Below, in pieces: positions 35,660 through 48,598 of a stretch of DNA of 64,000 nt; the first letter of the stretch is position 1; the number at the start of each line of letters is the position of its first letter. A model generated the notes under the pieces. That model was not told the DNA's origin, ran no database searches, and saw only the letters and a list, made by a program, of their open reading frames with translations. Origin of the DNA: Escherichia coli (GTDB lineage Bacteria > Pseudomonadota > Gammaproteobacteria > Enterobacterales > Enterobacteriaceae). Position numbers and translations under genes: made by a program. The DNA is taken from assembly GCF_017348835.2 (NCBI RefSeq), contig NZ_CP071375.1; one strand, given 5' to 3'.

Positions 35660-36253
35660 ATGCAAAAAGTTGTCCTCGCAACCGGCAATGCCGGTAAAGT
35701 GCGTGAGCTGGCGTCGCTGCTTAGCGACTTCGGTCTTGATATCGTAGCTCAAACGGAGCTTGGCGTTGATTCCGCCGAAGAAACCGGCCAGACCTTTATC
35801 GAAAACGCGATTCTGAAAGCGCGCCATGCGGCAAAAGTGACCGGTTTACCGGCAATTGCCGACGACTCTGGTCTGGCGGTAGATGTGCTTGGCGGCGCGC
35901 CGGGAATTTACTCCGCGCGTTATTCCGGTGAAGACGCGACCGATCAAAAGAATCTGCAAAAACTGCTGGAAACACTGAAAGACGTACCGGACGACCAACG
36001 TCAGGCGCGTTTCCACTGCGTGCTGGTGTATCTGCGTCACGCGGAAGATCCGACCCCGCTGGTGTGCCATGGCAGCTGGCCGGGTGTGATTACTCGCGAA
36101 CCGGCGGGCACTGGTGGCTTTGGTTATGATCCAATCTTCTTCGTACCTTCCGAAGGGAAAACCGCTGCCGAACTGACCCGCGAAGAAAAGAGCGCCATTT
36201 CCCACCGTGGTCAGGCATTGAAACTGCTGCTGGACGCTTTACGTAATGGTTAA
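35660..36253 (+). CDS. rdgB: dITP/XTP pyrophosphatase
   Basis: 197-aa [24 protein letters not shown]..., Ham1/Maf-like family. Confidence 0.9.
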   Translation: MQKVVLATGNAGKVRELASLLSDFGLDIVAQTELGVDSAEETGQTFIENAILKARHAAKVTGLPAIADDSGLAVDVLGGAPGIYSARYSGEDATDQKNLQKLLETLKDVPDDQRQARFHCVLVYLRHAEDPTPLVCHGSWPGVITREPAGTGGFGYDPIFFVPSEGKTAAELTREEKSAISHRGQALKLLLDALRNG

Positions 36254-37382
36254 ATTACCGCCGCTGAGTCTCTACATTCACATCCCGTGGTGTGTGCAGA
36301 AATGCCCGTACTGCGATTTCAACTCTCACGCGTTGAAAGGAGAAGTGCCGCACGACGATTATGTTCAGCATCTGCTTTGCGATCTGGACAATGATGTGGC
36401 TTACGCTCAGGGCCGTGAAGTAAAGACAATCTTTATTGGCGGTGGTACGCCGAGCCTGCTTTCCGGCCCGGCGATGCAAACGCTGCTGGACGGCGTGCGT
36501 GCGCGTTTGCCGCTGGCAGCGGATGCAGAAATTACTATGGAAGCGAACCCAGGCACGGTAGAAGCGGATCGCTTTGTCGATTATCAGCGTGCTGGTGTGA
36601 ACCGCATCTCTATTGGTGTGCAGAGTTTTAGCGAAGAAAAGCTGAAACGACTTGGGCGTATTCATGGCCCGCAAGAAGCGAAACGAGCGGCAAAGCTGGC
36701 GAGCGGTTTAGGGTTACGTAGCTTTAACCTTGATTTGATGCATGGACTACCGGATCAATCACTGGAAGAGGCGCTTGGCGATCTACGCCAGGCCATTGAA
36801 CTGAATCCGCCGCATCTTTCCTGGTATCAACTGACCATCGAACCCAATACGCTGTTTGGTTCGCGACCACCGGTGCTGCCGGACGATGACGCGCTGTGGG
36901 ATATTTTCGAACAGGGGCATCAGTTATTAACCGCAGCGGGTTATCAGCAATATGAAACTTCCGCTTACGCCAAACCCGGTTATCAGTGCCAGCACAATCT
37001 TAACTACTGGCGATTTGGTGACTACATCGGTATTGGCTGCGGCGCGCACGGCAAAGTGACCTTCCCTGATGGGCGCATTCTGCGTACCACCAAAACGCGT
37101 CATCCGCGTGGTTTTATGCAGGGAAGGTATCTGGAAAGCCAGCGTGATGTCGAAGCTGCAGATAAGCCGTTTGAGTTCTTTATGAATCGCTTCCGTCTGC
37201 TGGAGGCCGCGCCGCGCGTGGAGTTTAGCCAGTATACTGGCCTTTCAGAAGAGGTTATTCGCCCTCAGTTAGACGAGGCTATCGCTCAGGGTTATCTCAC
37301 AGAATGTGCGGATTACTGGCAGATAACGGAACATGGGAAGTTGTTTTTAAATTCGCTGCTGGAGCTTTTTCTGGCGGAGTAA
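36246..37382 (+). CDS. hemW: Radical-SAM heme chaperone HemW (YggW)
   Basis: 378-aa ORF with CxxxCxxC radical-SAM motif ([10 protein letters not shown]). Confidence 0.9.
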   Translation: MVKLPPLSLYIHIPWCVQKCPYCDFNSHALKGEVPHDDYVQHLLCDLDNDVAYAQGREVKTIFIGGGTPSLLSGPAMQTLLDGVRARLPLAADAEITMEANPGTVEADRFVDYQRAGVNRISIGVQSFSEEKLKRLGRIHGPQEAKRAAKLASGLGLRSFNLDLMHGLPDQSLEEALGDLRQAIELNPPHLSWYQLTIEPNTLFGSRPPVLPDDDALWDIFEQGHQLLTAAGYQQYETSAYAKPGYQCQHNLNYWRFGDYIGIGCGAHGKVTFPDGRILRTTKTRHPRGFMQGRYLESQRDVEAADKPFEFFMNRFRLLEAAPRVEFSQYTGLSEEVIRPQLDEAIAQGYLTECADYWQITEHGKLFLNSLLELFLAE

Positions 37383-37384
37383 AT

Positions 37385-37610
37385 TTGTATTGCCGGATGC
37401 GGCGTGAACGCCTTATCCAGCCTACATGTGGCAACGGTTGTAGGTCTGATAAGACGCGCAAGCGTCGCATCAGACGTTGATTGCCGGATGCGGCGTGAGC
37501 ACCTCAGCCGACATGTGGCAGCTGTTGTAGGTCTGATAAGACGCGCTAGCGTCGCATCAGACGTTGATTGCCGGATGCGGGGTCAACGCCGCATCCTGCT
37601 ACAAATCGTG
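37385..37610. repeat. REP/BIME cluster, at least four units
   Basis: Repeated gccggatgcggcgtgaacgccttatcc / gtaggtctgataagacgcg... palindromes. Confidence 0.85.
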
Positions 37611-37624
37611 CGCTATATCAAAAC

Positions 37625-38632
37625 TTACTTAATCACCCCATTGCGCCGCAGTTGTTCGGTATCTTTTTTCCAGCGTTCATTAGCCTGGTTGATATCGTCA
37701 ATTTTCATCAAAATCACGACTTTTTTACTGTTTATTTCTGAAACTTTCATCGTTAAAGGATATTGCCCTTTTTCGAGCGTTATCCAGTCATCCTGCAATT
37801 TACGGCTAAGTTTTTGTGATTGCAGAAAAGTCTGTCGCCGTTGTTCGTTGATATCGAAATCTCGCTTCTGCTGAATCGGCACTTCATAACACTCTTCACT
37901 CTGTTTATGACATGCCGCAATCGCCGGTTGATAAACCTCTTTGTCATATTTAACCGCGAACGCCTCGCTATCATTCTGTTTATTAAACTCATCACGCTGT
38001 TGGTGAATTTTTTTAAAGGCGTCTTCGCGGGTCATTTGCTTACCGTTTGCATCTTTTCCCCAATATGCATCCGCTGCTTTCTGCGCCGCCACCATTTGCT
38101 TATCAAGCGCTTTCACTTCCTTTTCCAGCGCAGGAATCGAGTTCTTCTGGGTATTCAACGCAGACTCAAGCTGACTAAAGCGATAATTGAAATCTTCGCT
38201 ATTCACGATCAGATATTTATTATTCGTTTTGATATCGTCGACCACCCGCCCACGATCGCTGGCTGCCGCCTGAAAAGAGTAAAAGTTCACCGACCAGCCA
38301 GACGCGGGCGTTCCTTTACTGGTTAACATCGCCGAGAATTTTACCGGCTTATCTTTCGTCCAGGTCTGTTCGAGCAGTTCGTAATCTGCCAACTGACCGA
38401 CCCAGGTATAGAGATCGTCACTGGAAGAGACATCGCCTTCCGCTGACCAGGTGGCCTGATTACCCTTAGCATCAAGATTTTTTAAGGTGATGGCATCAAG
38501 CTTGAGAATGCCGTGATACTGCTTTTTGAATTGATCTTTTAAGATATTTTCAGTTGGCGGTTCGCCATCTGCCCAGGCATTACCAGTCATCAACATAAGC
38601 AGCGCCGTGCCAACAATCCATTGCTTTTTCAC
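37625..38632 (-). CDS. yggM: YggM periplasmic protein
   Basis: 335-aa ORF with signal peptide; synteny beside ansB. Confidence 0.8.
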   Translation of the reverse strand: MKKQWIVGTALLMLMTGNAWADGEPPTENILKDQFKKQYHGILKLDAITLKNLDAKGNQATWSAEGDVSSSDDLYTWVGQLADYELLEQTWTKDKPVKFSAMLTSKGTPASGWSVNFYSFQAAASDRGRVVDDIKTNNKYLIVNSEDFNYRFSQLESALNTQKNSIPALEKEVKALDKQMVAAQKAADAYWGKDANGKQMTREDAFKKIHQQRDEFNKQNDSEAFAVKYDKEVYQPAIAACHKQSEECYEVPIQQKRDFDINEQRRQTFLQSQKLSRKLQDDWITLEKGQYPLTMKVSEINSKKVVILMKIDDINQANERWKKDTEQLRRNGVIK

Positions 38633-38748
38633 CCGAAAACCCTCGCGCGGAATAATTTATTCCGGTGATTATCATCAGGGTAATAAAAATTGGCAATGGA
38701 CGTAAGTCTGAAGTGAAAAAGCCCCGGCACGATACCGGGGCGAGGTGG

Positions 38749-39795
38749 TTAGTACTGATTGAAGATCTGCTGGATCTGCTGCGGATCTTTGGTTTGCGTC
38801 AGAGCCAGTTGCAGCAGAACGCGCGCTTTTTGCGGGTTCAGCGTGCCAGAGGCGACGAAGCCGTATTTCGCATCATCCACTTCGGCATCCTGAGTGGTAG
38901 CGCCCGTGGGTACGCGGGAAGAACGCACGACTGCAGTGCCGTTTTTCGCGGCGGTCGCCAGAGTGTCAAACACGGATTTATACAGGTTGCCGTTACCCAC
39001 ACCAGCGCTCACGATGCCATCATAGCCCGCATCTACCAGGGCTTTAGCCGGAAGATCGGATGCGTTAGCGTAGTTATAAACAATGCCGACTTTCGGCAGT
39101 TCATTCAGCTTAGAGACATCGAATGGCGTGTCGCTGGTGTGCTTACGTGCCGGGGTACGCTGGTAGTCAATCTTACCGTTGTGAATGTAACCCAGAGGAC
39201 CGTAGTTAACAGACTTGAAGGTCGCTACGTCGGTGGTGTTGGTTTTGGTGACGTCACGGCCATCAAGCACGGTGTCGTTCATCACTACCAACACGCCACG
39301 GTTGGCGGAGGCTTTATCAGCTGCGGTCACTACCGCGTTATACAGGTTGAATGGACCGTCTGCGCTCATAGACGTGGACGGGCGCATTGCGCCGACCATC
39401 ACCACCGGTTTGTCGCATTTCACCGTCAGGTCGAGGAAGTAAGCGGTTTCTTCCATCGTGTCGGTACCGTGGGTAATGACGAAGCCGTCGGTCTTATCGC
39501 AGTCGGTGTTAATTTTTTTCGCCAGTGTCAGCCAGACATTATCGTTCATGTCCTGGGAGCCGATATTCACTACCTGCTCGCCTTTAACGTTCGCAATGTC
39601 CTTCAGTTGCGGCACCGCATTAACCAGATTTTCTACGCCAACTTTACCCGCTGTGTAGTTAGATTTGGTTGCGGAGTCACCACCACCGGCAATGGTCCCG
39701 CCGGTTGCTAAAATGGTGATATTGGGTAATGCCAATGCTGCACCACTAAAACCCATAACCAGTGCGGCAAGTGCCGTCTTTTTGAAAAACTCCAT
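38749..39795 (-). CDS. ansB: L-asparaginase 2 (periplasmic)
   Basis: 348-aa ORF; signal peptide and TGGTIAG active-site motif. Confidence 0.95.
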   Translation of the reverse strand: MEFFKKTALAALVMGFSGAALALPNITILATGGTIAGGGDSATKSNYTAGKVGVENLVNAVPQLKDIANVKGEQVVNIGSQDMNDNVWLTLAKKINTDCDKTDGFVITHGTDTMEETAYFLDLTVKCDKPVVMVGAMRPSTSMSADGPFNLYNAVVTAADKASANRGVLVVMNDTVLDGRDVTKTNTTDVATFKSVNYGPLGYIHNGKIDYQRTPARKHTSDTPFDVSKLNELPKVGIVYNYANASDLPAKALVDAGYDGIVSAGVGNGNLYKSVFDTLATAAKNGTAVVRSSRVPTGATTQDAEVDDAKYGFVASGTLNPQKARVLLQLALTQTKDPQQIQQIFNQY

Positions 39796-39970
39796 TTCAT
39801 TCCTCCAGTTACGTGAACGCTACGCATTATCCCTTAGCTTTGTATGGGAAATTTGACGTTAAACAATTTACAACGTGAATATATTTTGGAGATCTACAAA
39901 GTTAGAGGCAGGTAACAAAACGAAGAATTAAACGGCATAAAAAAGTATTATGCCGTCTTAAAATAGAGGA

Positions 39971-40690
39971 TTATTTTAAATTCCCGACCAGGGCTTTGCG
40001 GCTATCTTCCAGAGTCACAACGCGGCTACAAACATCTTTGCCAAACTGCTGGAAATCTTTTTCCTGCTTTTTCCACTCGGTTTGGATTGAGGATTGCAGA
40101 CCGCCCAGACTTCCCAGCACATTCTGTAATGGGTTGCCGCCGCTTTTCAGCACCGCTTTCGCGCCCATTTCATTAATGCTGTCCTGTAAAATTCCGCCCA
40201 TTGCCTGATTCACTAATTGCTGGCCTTCGGCGCGAACCTGATCAATGGCTTTATAGTGGAACGTCAGGCCATCGCTGCGCGTTTCGATAATGCGATTCAT
40301 CTGTTCTTTCAGCTGCGCATCAAGTTTGGTCAGACGGCTGCGCATTTTGCTGCTTTCGCCCATCTCCTGAACAATAATTTTATCCAGCGCAATACGGGCT
40401 TTCTCGACGCGGCTTTTCGCGCCTTCATCAATCCACGGCAGGGTGCTACGTAGTTCAGCCTGATAATCCTTCGCCTGCTCGCGCTGGGCGGCATTCAGGG
40501 AATATTGCTTACCGTTATACATCACGTTGCCGTCTGGCGTGATCACCAGATTGCCGTTTTCGCCCTTCACCTGCACGGTTTGCGGGCTGACAATCACATC
40601 GTCACGCGGCGTGACGCTGCACTGGTAGTCGGCGTGAGCGGTCATTGCCGTCACTGAAAGTGCTGCCGCCAGCAGCATTTTGCGCATCAT
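39971..40690 (-). CDS. yggN: YggN periplasmic protein
   Basis: 239-aa ORF with signal peptide; synteny. Confidence 0.8.
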   Translation of the reverse strand: MMRKMLLAAALSVTAMTAHADYQCSVTPRDDVIVSPQTVQVKGENGNLVITPDGNVMYNGKQYSLNAAQREQAKDYQAELRSTLPWIDEGAKSRVEKARIALDKIIVQEMGESSKMRSRLTKLDAQLKEQMNRIIETRSDGLTFHYKAIDQVRAEGQQLVNQAMGGILQDSINEMGAKAVLKSGGNPLQNVLGSLGGLQSSIQTEWKKQEKDFQQFGKDVCSRVVTLEDSRKALVGNLK

Positions 40691-40744
40691 AGTCTTCCCT
40701 CAAGAACAAATCAGGCCAGCATTTGCTGGCCCCAGATTGATAAC

Positions 40745-40860
40745 AAAGTACGCATTTTCCATGCCGGATGCGGCGTAAACGCCTTATCCCGCCTACTCGA
40801 TCGTGCATCTTTGTAGGCATGATAAGCGTAGCGCATCAGGCAGTTTTGCATTTGTCATCG
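40745..40860. repeat. REP palindromic units
   Basis: gccggatgcggcgtaaacgccttatcc ... gtaggcatgataagcgtagcgcatcaggc. Confidence 0.8.
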
Positions 40861-40873
40861 CCCGTATGCTTTG

Positions 40874-41200
40874 TTAGTCCCACCAAACATCGAAAAGTTC
40901 GCTGGTGCGTACCTCATCCAGTTTGCGCTCTTCCAGCCACTTACGCACAATCGCCTGATGCTCTTCGGTACATTTGCCGATTTCCTGCATGCAGATCAGA
41001 CCTTCCCAGGCCAGATAACCGCTGCCGTCAAAGGCCAGTTTGTTCGGTTCGATAACCTCGTTAATAAAGTCATCAACGGTTTTATCAATCTGTTCTTCCG
41101 ATGTACCTTCCGGGAATCGCCATGCCACCGAAAATCCTAATTCCTGGAATTCGTCGATGTGCATTTTTTTACGCAGACGACGGCTACGGTTCTTTGCCAT
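40874..41200 (-). CDS. yggL: YggL (DUF469)
   Basis: ORF 40874..41230 trimmed to [18 protein letters not shown]... (108 aa). Confidence 0.85.
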   Translation of the reverse strand: MAKNRSRRLRKKMHIDEFQELGFSVAWRFPEGTSEEQIDKTVDDFINEVIEPNKLAFDGSGYLAWEGLICMQEIGKCTEEHQAIVRKWLEERKLDEVRTSELFDVWWD

Positions 41201-41919
41201 TATTTCACCCTCTCGAACATTAAGTCCCATACTCCGTGACCAAGACGATGACCACGTTGTTCAAATTTCGTCACCGGACGTGATGCCGGACGCGGTACGT
41301 AATCATTGCTCTCTGACAGGTTTTTATAACCGTCAATAGAAGACATCACTTCAAGCATATGTTCCGCATAAGGTTCCCAGTCGGTCGCCATATGGAATAC
41401 GCCCCCCAGCTGCAGTTTGCTTTTTACCAGTTCGGCAAACGGCACCTGAACGATACGGCGTTTATTATGGCGCGCTTTGTGCCACGGGTCAGGGAAAAAG
41501 AGCTGCACCATGCGCAATGAATTGTCAGGAATCATTTTATGCAGCACTTCAACCGCATCGTGACACATCACGCGCAGGTTGCTTAAGCCCTCTTCATGCG
41601 CAGAAGCCAGGCACGCACCAACGCCCGGTGAATGCACTTCAATGCCGAGGAAGTCCTGCTCGGGGCGATCTTTAGCCATTGCCACCAGCGACGCCCCCAT
41701 GCCAAAACCAATCTCAAGCGTCACCGGCGCTTCACGGCCAAAAAGCGCGGGGAAATCCAGCATATCTTCGCTGAACTCAACGCCCATCACCGGCCAGTAG
41801 TTTTCCAGCGCATGTTCCTGGCCTTTGGTCAGTCGCCCCTGGCGGCGCACAAAACTACGGATACGGCGCAGTGGGCGGCCGTTTTCATCAAATTCCGGTG
41901 AGATGACGTCGTTTTTCAT
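41200..41919 (-). CDS. trmB: tRNA (guanine46-N7)-methyltransferase
   Basis: 239-aa [37 protein letters not shown]... Confidence 0.9.
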   Translation of the reverse strand: MKNDVISPEFDENGRPLRRIRSFVRRQGRLTKGQEHALENYWPVMGVEFSEDMLDFPALFGREAPVTLEIGFGMGASLVAMAKDRPEQDFLGIEVHSPGVGACLASAHEEGLSNLRVMCHDAVEVLHKMIPDNSLRMVQLFFPDPWHKARHNKRRIVQVPFAELVKSKLQLGGVFHMATDWEPYAEHMLEVMSSIDGYKNLSESNDYVPRPASRPVTKFEQRGHRLGHGVWDLMFERVK

Positions 41920-42079
41920 AAAGATTTAGTCGCTTGTGAAAGTGTTCTGAAAACGGGCATTATCCAAAGTTAGTTGCCGGATGCAAGCATGATAAGGCCG
42001 TGGCTGCGGAAAGTTCCGGTTTACACCCTGCCGTCGCTGTGCTGCAATCTGGCCCCCAACAACAGTGAATTCGGTGACC

Positions 42080-43132
42080 ATGCAAGCGTCGCAATTTTCA
42101 GCCCAGGTTCTGGACTGGTACGATAAATACGGGCGAAAAACTCTGCCCTGGCAAATTGACAAGACGCCCTACAAAGTATGGCTCTCAGAAGTGATGTTGC
42201 AACAAACTCAGGTTGCGACCGTTATCCCCTATTTTGAACGCTTTATGGCGCGCTTCCCGACGGTGACCGATCTCGCCAATGCGCCGCTCGACGAAGTTCT
42301 CCACTTGTGGACCGGGCTTGGCTATTACGCCCGCGCGCGCAATCTGCATAAAGCGGCACAACAAGTGGCGACCTTACACGGCGGTAAATTCCCGGAAACC
42401 TTTGAGGAAGTTGCAGCACTGCCGGGCGTCGGGCGTTCCACCGCAGGCGCGATTCTCTCGCTTTCTCTGGGTAAGCACTTTCCGATTCTCGACGGTAACG
42501 TCAAACGGGTGCTGGCGCGCTGCTATGCTGTAAGCGGCTGGCCAGGGAAAAAAGAGGTCGAGAATAAATTATGGAGTTTAAGCGAGCAGGTGACGCCCGC
42601 GGTCGGCGTGGAACGGTTTAATCAGGCGATGATGGATTTGGGCGCGATGATTTGCACGCGTTCGAAGCCGAAATGTTCGCTCTGTCCGCTACAAAACGGA
42701 TGTATTGCCGCCACCAACAATAGCTGGTCGCTTTATCCGGGCAAAAAACCGAAACAGACGCTGCCGGAGCGCACCGGCTACTTTTTGCTGTTACAGCACG
42801 AAGATGAAGTATTGCTGGCGCAGCGTCCGCCGAGCGGATTGTGGGGCGGTTTATACTGTTTCCCGCAGTTTGCCGACGAAGAAAGTTTGCGGCAGTGGCT
42901 GGCGCAACGGCAGATTGCTGCCGATAACCTGACGCAGCTGACAGCGTTTCGGCATACCTTCAGCCATTTCCACTTAGATATTGTGCCTATGTGGCTTCCC
43001 GTGTCGTCATTCACCGGCTGCATGGATGAAGGCAATGCGCTCTGGTATAACTTAGCGCAACCGCCGTCAGTTGGCCTGGCGGCTCCCGTGGAGCGTTTGT
43101 TACAGCAGTTACGCACTGGCGCGCCGGTTTAG
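42080..43132 (+). CDS. mutY: Adenine DNA glycosylase
   Basis: ORF 42065..43132 trimmed to [25 protein letters not shown]...; Cys ligands [17 protein letters not shown]. Confidence 0.95.
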   Translation: MQASQFSAQVLDWYDKYGRKTLPWQIDKTPYKVWLSEVMLQQTQVATVIPYFERFMARFPTVTDLANAPLDEVLHLWTGLGYYARARNLHKAAQQVATLHGGKFPETFEEVAALPGVGRSTAGAILSLSLGKHFPILDGNVKRVLARCYAVSGWPGKKEVENKLWSLSEQVTPAVGVERFNQAMMDLGAMICTRSKPKCSLCPLQNGCIAATNNSWSLYPGKKPKQTLPERTGYFLLLQHEDEVLLAQRPPSGLWGGLYCFPQFADEESLRQWLAQRQIAADNLTQLTAFRHTFSHFHLDIVPMWLPVSSFTGCMDEGNALWYNLAQPPSVGLAAPVERLLQQLRTGAPV

Positions 43133-43156
43133 CGCGTGAGTCGATAAAGAGGATGA

Positions 43157-43435
<279 letters not shown>

Positions 43436-43472
43436 AAACAGTGCCGGAGCACGCCTCCGGCAGCTTGCATAA

Positions 43473-44579
<1,107 letters not shown>

Positions 44580-44780
44580 TTCCATTAACCGCCCCTGACG
44601 ATGCTCAGGGGCAAAAATGTTATCCACATCACAATTTCGTTTTGCAAATTGGGAATGTTTGCAATTATTTGCCACAGGTAACAAAAAACCAGTCCGCGAA
44701 ATTGATAGAATCCCATCATCTCGCACGGTCAAATGTGCTTTTTCAAACACTCATCCGCATCACGATGTGAGGAAATTAAC

Positions 44781-46037
44781 ATGAATCTTAAGCTGCAGCT
44801 GAAAATCCTCTCTTTTCTGCAGTTCTGTCTGTGGGGAAGTTGGCTGACGACCCTCGGTTCCTATATGTTTGTTACCCTGAAGTTTGACGGTGCTTCTATT
44901 GGCGCAGTTTATAGCTCACTGGGTATCGCCGCGGTCTTTATGCCTGCGCTGCTGGGGATTGTGGCCGACAAATGGTTAAGTGCGAAATGGGTATATGCCA
45001 TTTGCCACACCATTGGCGCTATCACGCTGTTCATGGCGGCACAGGTCACGACGCCGGAGGCGATGTTCCTTGTGATATTGATTAACTCGTTTGCTTATAT
45101 GCCAACGCTTGGGTTAATCAACACCATCTCTTACTATCGCCTGCAAAATGCCGGGATGGATATCGTTACTGACTTCCCGCCAATCCGTATCTGGGGCACC
45201 ATCGGCTTTATCATGGCAATGTGGGTGGTGAGCCTGTCTGGCTTCGAATTAAGCCACATGCAGCTGTATATTGGCGCAGCTCTTTCCGCCGTTCTGGTTC
45301 TGTTTACCCTGACTCTGCCGCATATTCCGGTTGCTAAACAGCAAGCGAATCAGAGCTGGACAACCCTGCTGGGCCTCGATGCATTCGCGCTGTTTAAAAA
45401 CAAGCGTATGGCAATCTTCTTCATCTTCTCAATGCTGCTGGGCGCGGAACTGCAGATTACCAACATGTTCGGTAATACCTTCCTGCACAGCTTCGACAAA
45501 GATCCGATGTTTGCCAGCAGCTTCATCGTGCAGCATGCGTCAATCATCATGTCGATTTCGCAGATCTCTGAAACCCTGTTCATTCTGACCATCCCGTTCT
45601 TCTTAAGCCGCTACGGTATTAAGAACGTAATGATGATCAGTATTGTGGCGTGGATCCTGCGTTTTGCGCTGTTTGCTTACGGCGACCCGACTCCGTTCGG
45701 CACCGTACTGCTGGTTCTGTCGATGATTGTTTACGGCTGTGCGTTCGACTTCTTCAACATCTCTGGTTCGGTGTTTGTCGAAAAAGAAGTTAGCCCGGCA
45801 ATTCGCGCCAGTGCACAAGGGATGTTCCTGATGATGACTAACGGCTTCGGCTGTATCCTCGGCGGCATCGTGAGCGGTAAAGTGGTTGAGATGTACACCC
45901 AAAACGGCATTACCGACTGGCAGACCGTATGGTTGATTTTCGCTGGTTACTCCGTGGTTCTGGCCTTCGCGTTCATGGCGATGTTCAAATATAAACACGT
46001 TCGTGTCCCGACAGGTACACAAACGGTTAGCCACTAA
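44781..46037 (+). CDS. nupG: Nucleoside:H+ symporter
   Basis: ORF 44733..46037 trimmed to MNLKLQLKILSFLQFCLWGSWLTTLGSYMF... (418 aa). Confidence 0.9.
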   Translation: MNLKLQLKILSFLQFCLWGSWLTTLGSYMFVTLKFDGASIGAVYSSLGIAAVFMPALLGIVADKWLSAKWVYAICHTIGAITLFMAAQVTTPEAMFLVILINSFAYMPTLGLINTISYYRLQNAGMDIVTDFPPIRIWGTIGFIMAMWVVSLSGFELSHMQLYIGAALSAVLVLFTLTLPHIPVAKQQANQSWTTLLGLDAFALFKNKRMAIFFIFSMLLGAELQITNMFGNTFLHSFDKDPMFASSFIVQHASIIMSISQISETLFILTIPFFLSRYGIKNVMMISIVAWILRFALFAYGDPTPFGTVLLVLSMIVYGCAFDFFNISGSVFVEKEVSPAIRASAQGMFLMMTNGFGCILGGIVSGKVVEMYTQNGITDWQTVWLIFAGYSVVLAFAFMAMFKYKHVRVPTGTQTVSH

Positions 46038-46049
46038 TTACGCAAAGAA

Positions 46050-46084
46050 AAACGGGTCGCCAGAAGGTGACCCGTTTTTTTTAT
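46050..46084. terminator. Bidirectional rho-independent terminator between nupG and speC
   Basis: cgggtcgcc-agaa-ggtgacccg hairpin flanked by A-run and T-run. Confidence 0.7.
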
Positions 46085-46086
46085 TC

Positions 46087-48222
46087 TTACTTCAACACAT
46101 AACCGTACAACCGTTTCATGCCATCCGCATCGGTTTCGCTATAAACACCTTGCAGCTCCGGCGAAAATCCCGGCAACAAATTCACCCCTTCTTCCAGTGC
46201 AAGGAAATAACGTTGAACCGCCCCACCCCAGACTTCCCCGGGTACCACGCAAAGCACGCCAGGTGGATAAGGCAACGCCCCTTCTGCCGCAATTCGCCCT
46301 TCGGCATCACGAATCCGCACCAACTCCACGTCACCGCGAATATAAGCGCTATGCGCATCCTGGGGGTTCATCACCACTGACGGGAAACTCTGCTTGCGGA
46401 ACATCGCTTTTTGTAGGTCTTTGACGTCGAAACTGACATACAGATCGTGCATCTCCTGACACAACTGGCGCAGGGTGTAGTCGCGATAGCGCACCGGATA
46501 TTTGTTATAAACGCTCGGCAACACCTCAGCCAGCGGCGAGTCATCCTCAATATGCTGTTCAAATTGCGCCAGCATCGCCACCAGTTGTGCCAGCTTCTCG
46601 TAGCTTTCCGCCGGAGTTAATAAGAACAGAATGGAGTTGAGATCGCACTTCTCCGGCACAATGCCGTTCTCACGCAGATAGTGCGCCAGAATCGTCGCCG
46701 GAACGCCAAAGTCGCTATATTCGCCGGTTTCGGCATCGATACCTGGTGTAGTGAGTAACAGCTTGCACGGATCAACAAAATACTGATCCGCGGCATATCC
46801 TTCAAAGCCGTGCCACTTCGCCCCCGGCTCAAAACTGAAAAAACGGCGGTCGCTGGCTAACACTGATGTCGGATAATCCTGCCACAATTTGCCATCAACA
46901 ACGGGCGGGATAAACGGGCGGAACAGCTTACAGCGCGCAAGAATAGCCTTGCGCGACTCAATACCCAACTCAACGCACTCAGCCCACAGCCGACGCCCAC
47001 TCTCCCCTTCATGAATTTTGGCGTTAACATCCAGTGCAGCAAACAGCGGATAGAAAGGGCTGGTAGAAGCATGGAGCATAAAGGCGTTATTCAACCGCTT
47101 ATGCGGGCAAAAACGCGCCTGTCCGCGGATATGGTTATCTTTTTTATGGATCTGCGACGTCTGTGAGAATCCAGCCTGCTGTTTGTGCACCGACTGGGTC
47201 ACAAAAATCCCCGGATCGTTTTCGTTAAGTTCTAACAGCAGCGGCGAGCTATCCGCCATCATCGGGATAAATTGTTCATAACCGACCCACGCGGAATCAA
47301 ACAGAATGTAATCACACAGATGCCCAACGGTATCGATCACCTGACGGGCGTTATAGACAGTGCCGTCATAGGTTCCCAGCTGAATAATCGCCAGGCGAAA
47401 CGGGCGCGGCAACTCAGCTTTTTCTGGCGCAACGTCGCGAATTTGCTGGCGCAGATACTCTTCATTAAAACAGTGCGCATCAATACCGCCAATGAAACCA
47501 AACGGGTTGCGTGAAGCTTCCAGATAGACCGGCGTCGCCCCCGCCTGAATCAGCGCGCCGTGATGATTCGACTTATGGTTGTTACGGTCGAAGAGCACCA
47601 GATCGCCACGCGTTAATAGCGCATTCGTCACCACTTTATTCGCTGCCGATGTGCCGTTCAGTACAAAATAGGTTTTATCGGCATGAAAGACTTTGGCTGC
47701 GAATTTCTGCGCATCTTTCGCCGATCCTTCATGAATAAGCAGATCGCCCAATTTTACGTCAGCATTACACATATCGGCGCGAAAGACGTTCTCACCAAAG
47801 AAATCGTAAAAATGGCGTCCGGCAGGATGCTTTTTAAAAAACGCACCATGTTGATGCCCAGGGCAAGCAAAGGTGCTGTTGCCCATCTCAACGTACTGCG
47901 TCAGCGTGTCATAAAACGGTGGCAGCAAATTCTCTTCATACTGACAGGCTGCGGATTCCAGCTCCAGCCACTGCTGCTCGTTGCCGTTGATTACCGCCGT
48001 AACGCCCGCAGGTAATTCAACAGCATGTTCGGAGTACAAAAACACCGGTAGATGAAAACCGGTGCGCTTAAGCAACGCAAGAATGCCACTGCGACTATCC
48101 GCAGCGGTAATGACGACTGCCGCGACGTCCGTAAAATCAGTATCTCCCAACGCCACCACGCGACGATGAGAAGAAAGTCGGGATACCAGTTCACTACTGG
48201 CGGCAATATTCATTGATTTCAT
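46087..48222 (-). CDS. speC: Ornithine decarboxylase, constitutive
   Basis: ORF 46087..48282 trimmed to MKSMNIAASSELVSRLSSHRRVVALGDTDF... (711 aa). Confidence 0.9.
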   Translation of the reverse strand: MKSMNIAASSELVSRLSSHRRVVALGDTDFTDVAAVVITAADSRSGILALLKRTGFHLPVFLYSEHAVELPAGVTAVINGNEQQWLELESAACQYEENLLPPFYDTLTQYVEMGNSTFACPGHQHGAFFKKHPAGRHFYDFFGENVFRADMCNADVKLGDLLIHEGSAKDAQKFAAKVFHADKTYFVLNGTSAANKVVTNALLTRGDLVLFDRNNHKSNHHGALIQAGATPVYLEASRNPFGFIGGIDAHCFNEEYLRQQIRDVAPEKAELPRPFRLAIIQLGTYDGTVYNARQVIDTVGHLCDYILFDSAWVGYEQFIPMMADSSPLLLELNENDPGIFVTQSVHKQQAGFSQTSQIHKKDNHIRGQARFCPHKRLNNAFMLHASTSPFYPLFAALDVNAKIHEGESGRRLWAECVELGIESRKAILARCKLFRPFIPPVVDGKLWQDYPTSVLASDRRFFSFEPGAKWHGFEGYAADQYFVDPCKLLLTTPGIDAETGEYSDFGVPATILAHYLRENGIVPEKCDLNSILFLLTPAESYEKLAQLVAMLAQFEQHIEDDSPLAEVLPSVYNKYPVRYRDYTLRQLCQEMHDLYVSFDVKDLQKAMFRKQSFPSVVMNPQDAHSAYIRGDVELVRIRDAEGRIAAEGALPYPPGVLCVVPGEVWGGAVQRYFLALEEGVNLLPGFSPELQGVYSETDADGMKRLYGYVLK

Positions 48223-48598
48223 AAGCGCAAACCCGTTTCGGGGAAGTAAGAATACCGGACAAGGTGGAAAACCCTGCCCCATGAGATATGGGTCAAACTG
48301 GTCACCAGCTCCGACCGCCAGACATCAGTAAAAGCAGAAACGCTCTGATTTTACTGTTGTCCTGCAGTGAGCGTGCGTTAACTTCACCGCATGAGCAGTA
48401 ACATAGAAAGGGAAACGTTTCGCGCGAAACGACGATAAGCGAGAGAATGTAAGGAGATGGCGTGCATCGGGCAAACTCCGTACAGAGAGGAGAAAATTCG
48501 CGCAATCATGGCACCTTTCGCTAAAGCGTGCAAGCCAGGACTTTGCGAACAAACAAGCCATCGACGGCACCAAACGGTCATAATAAGAAAATCAGACA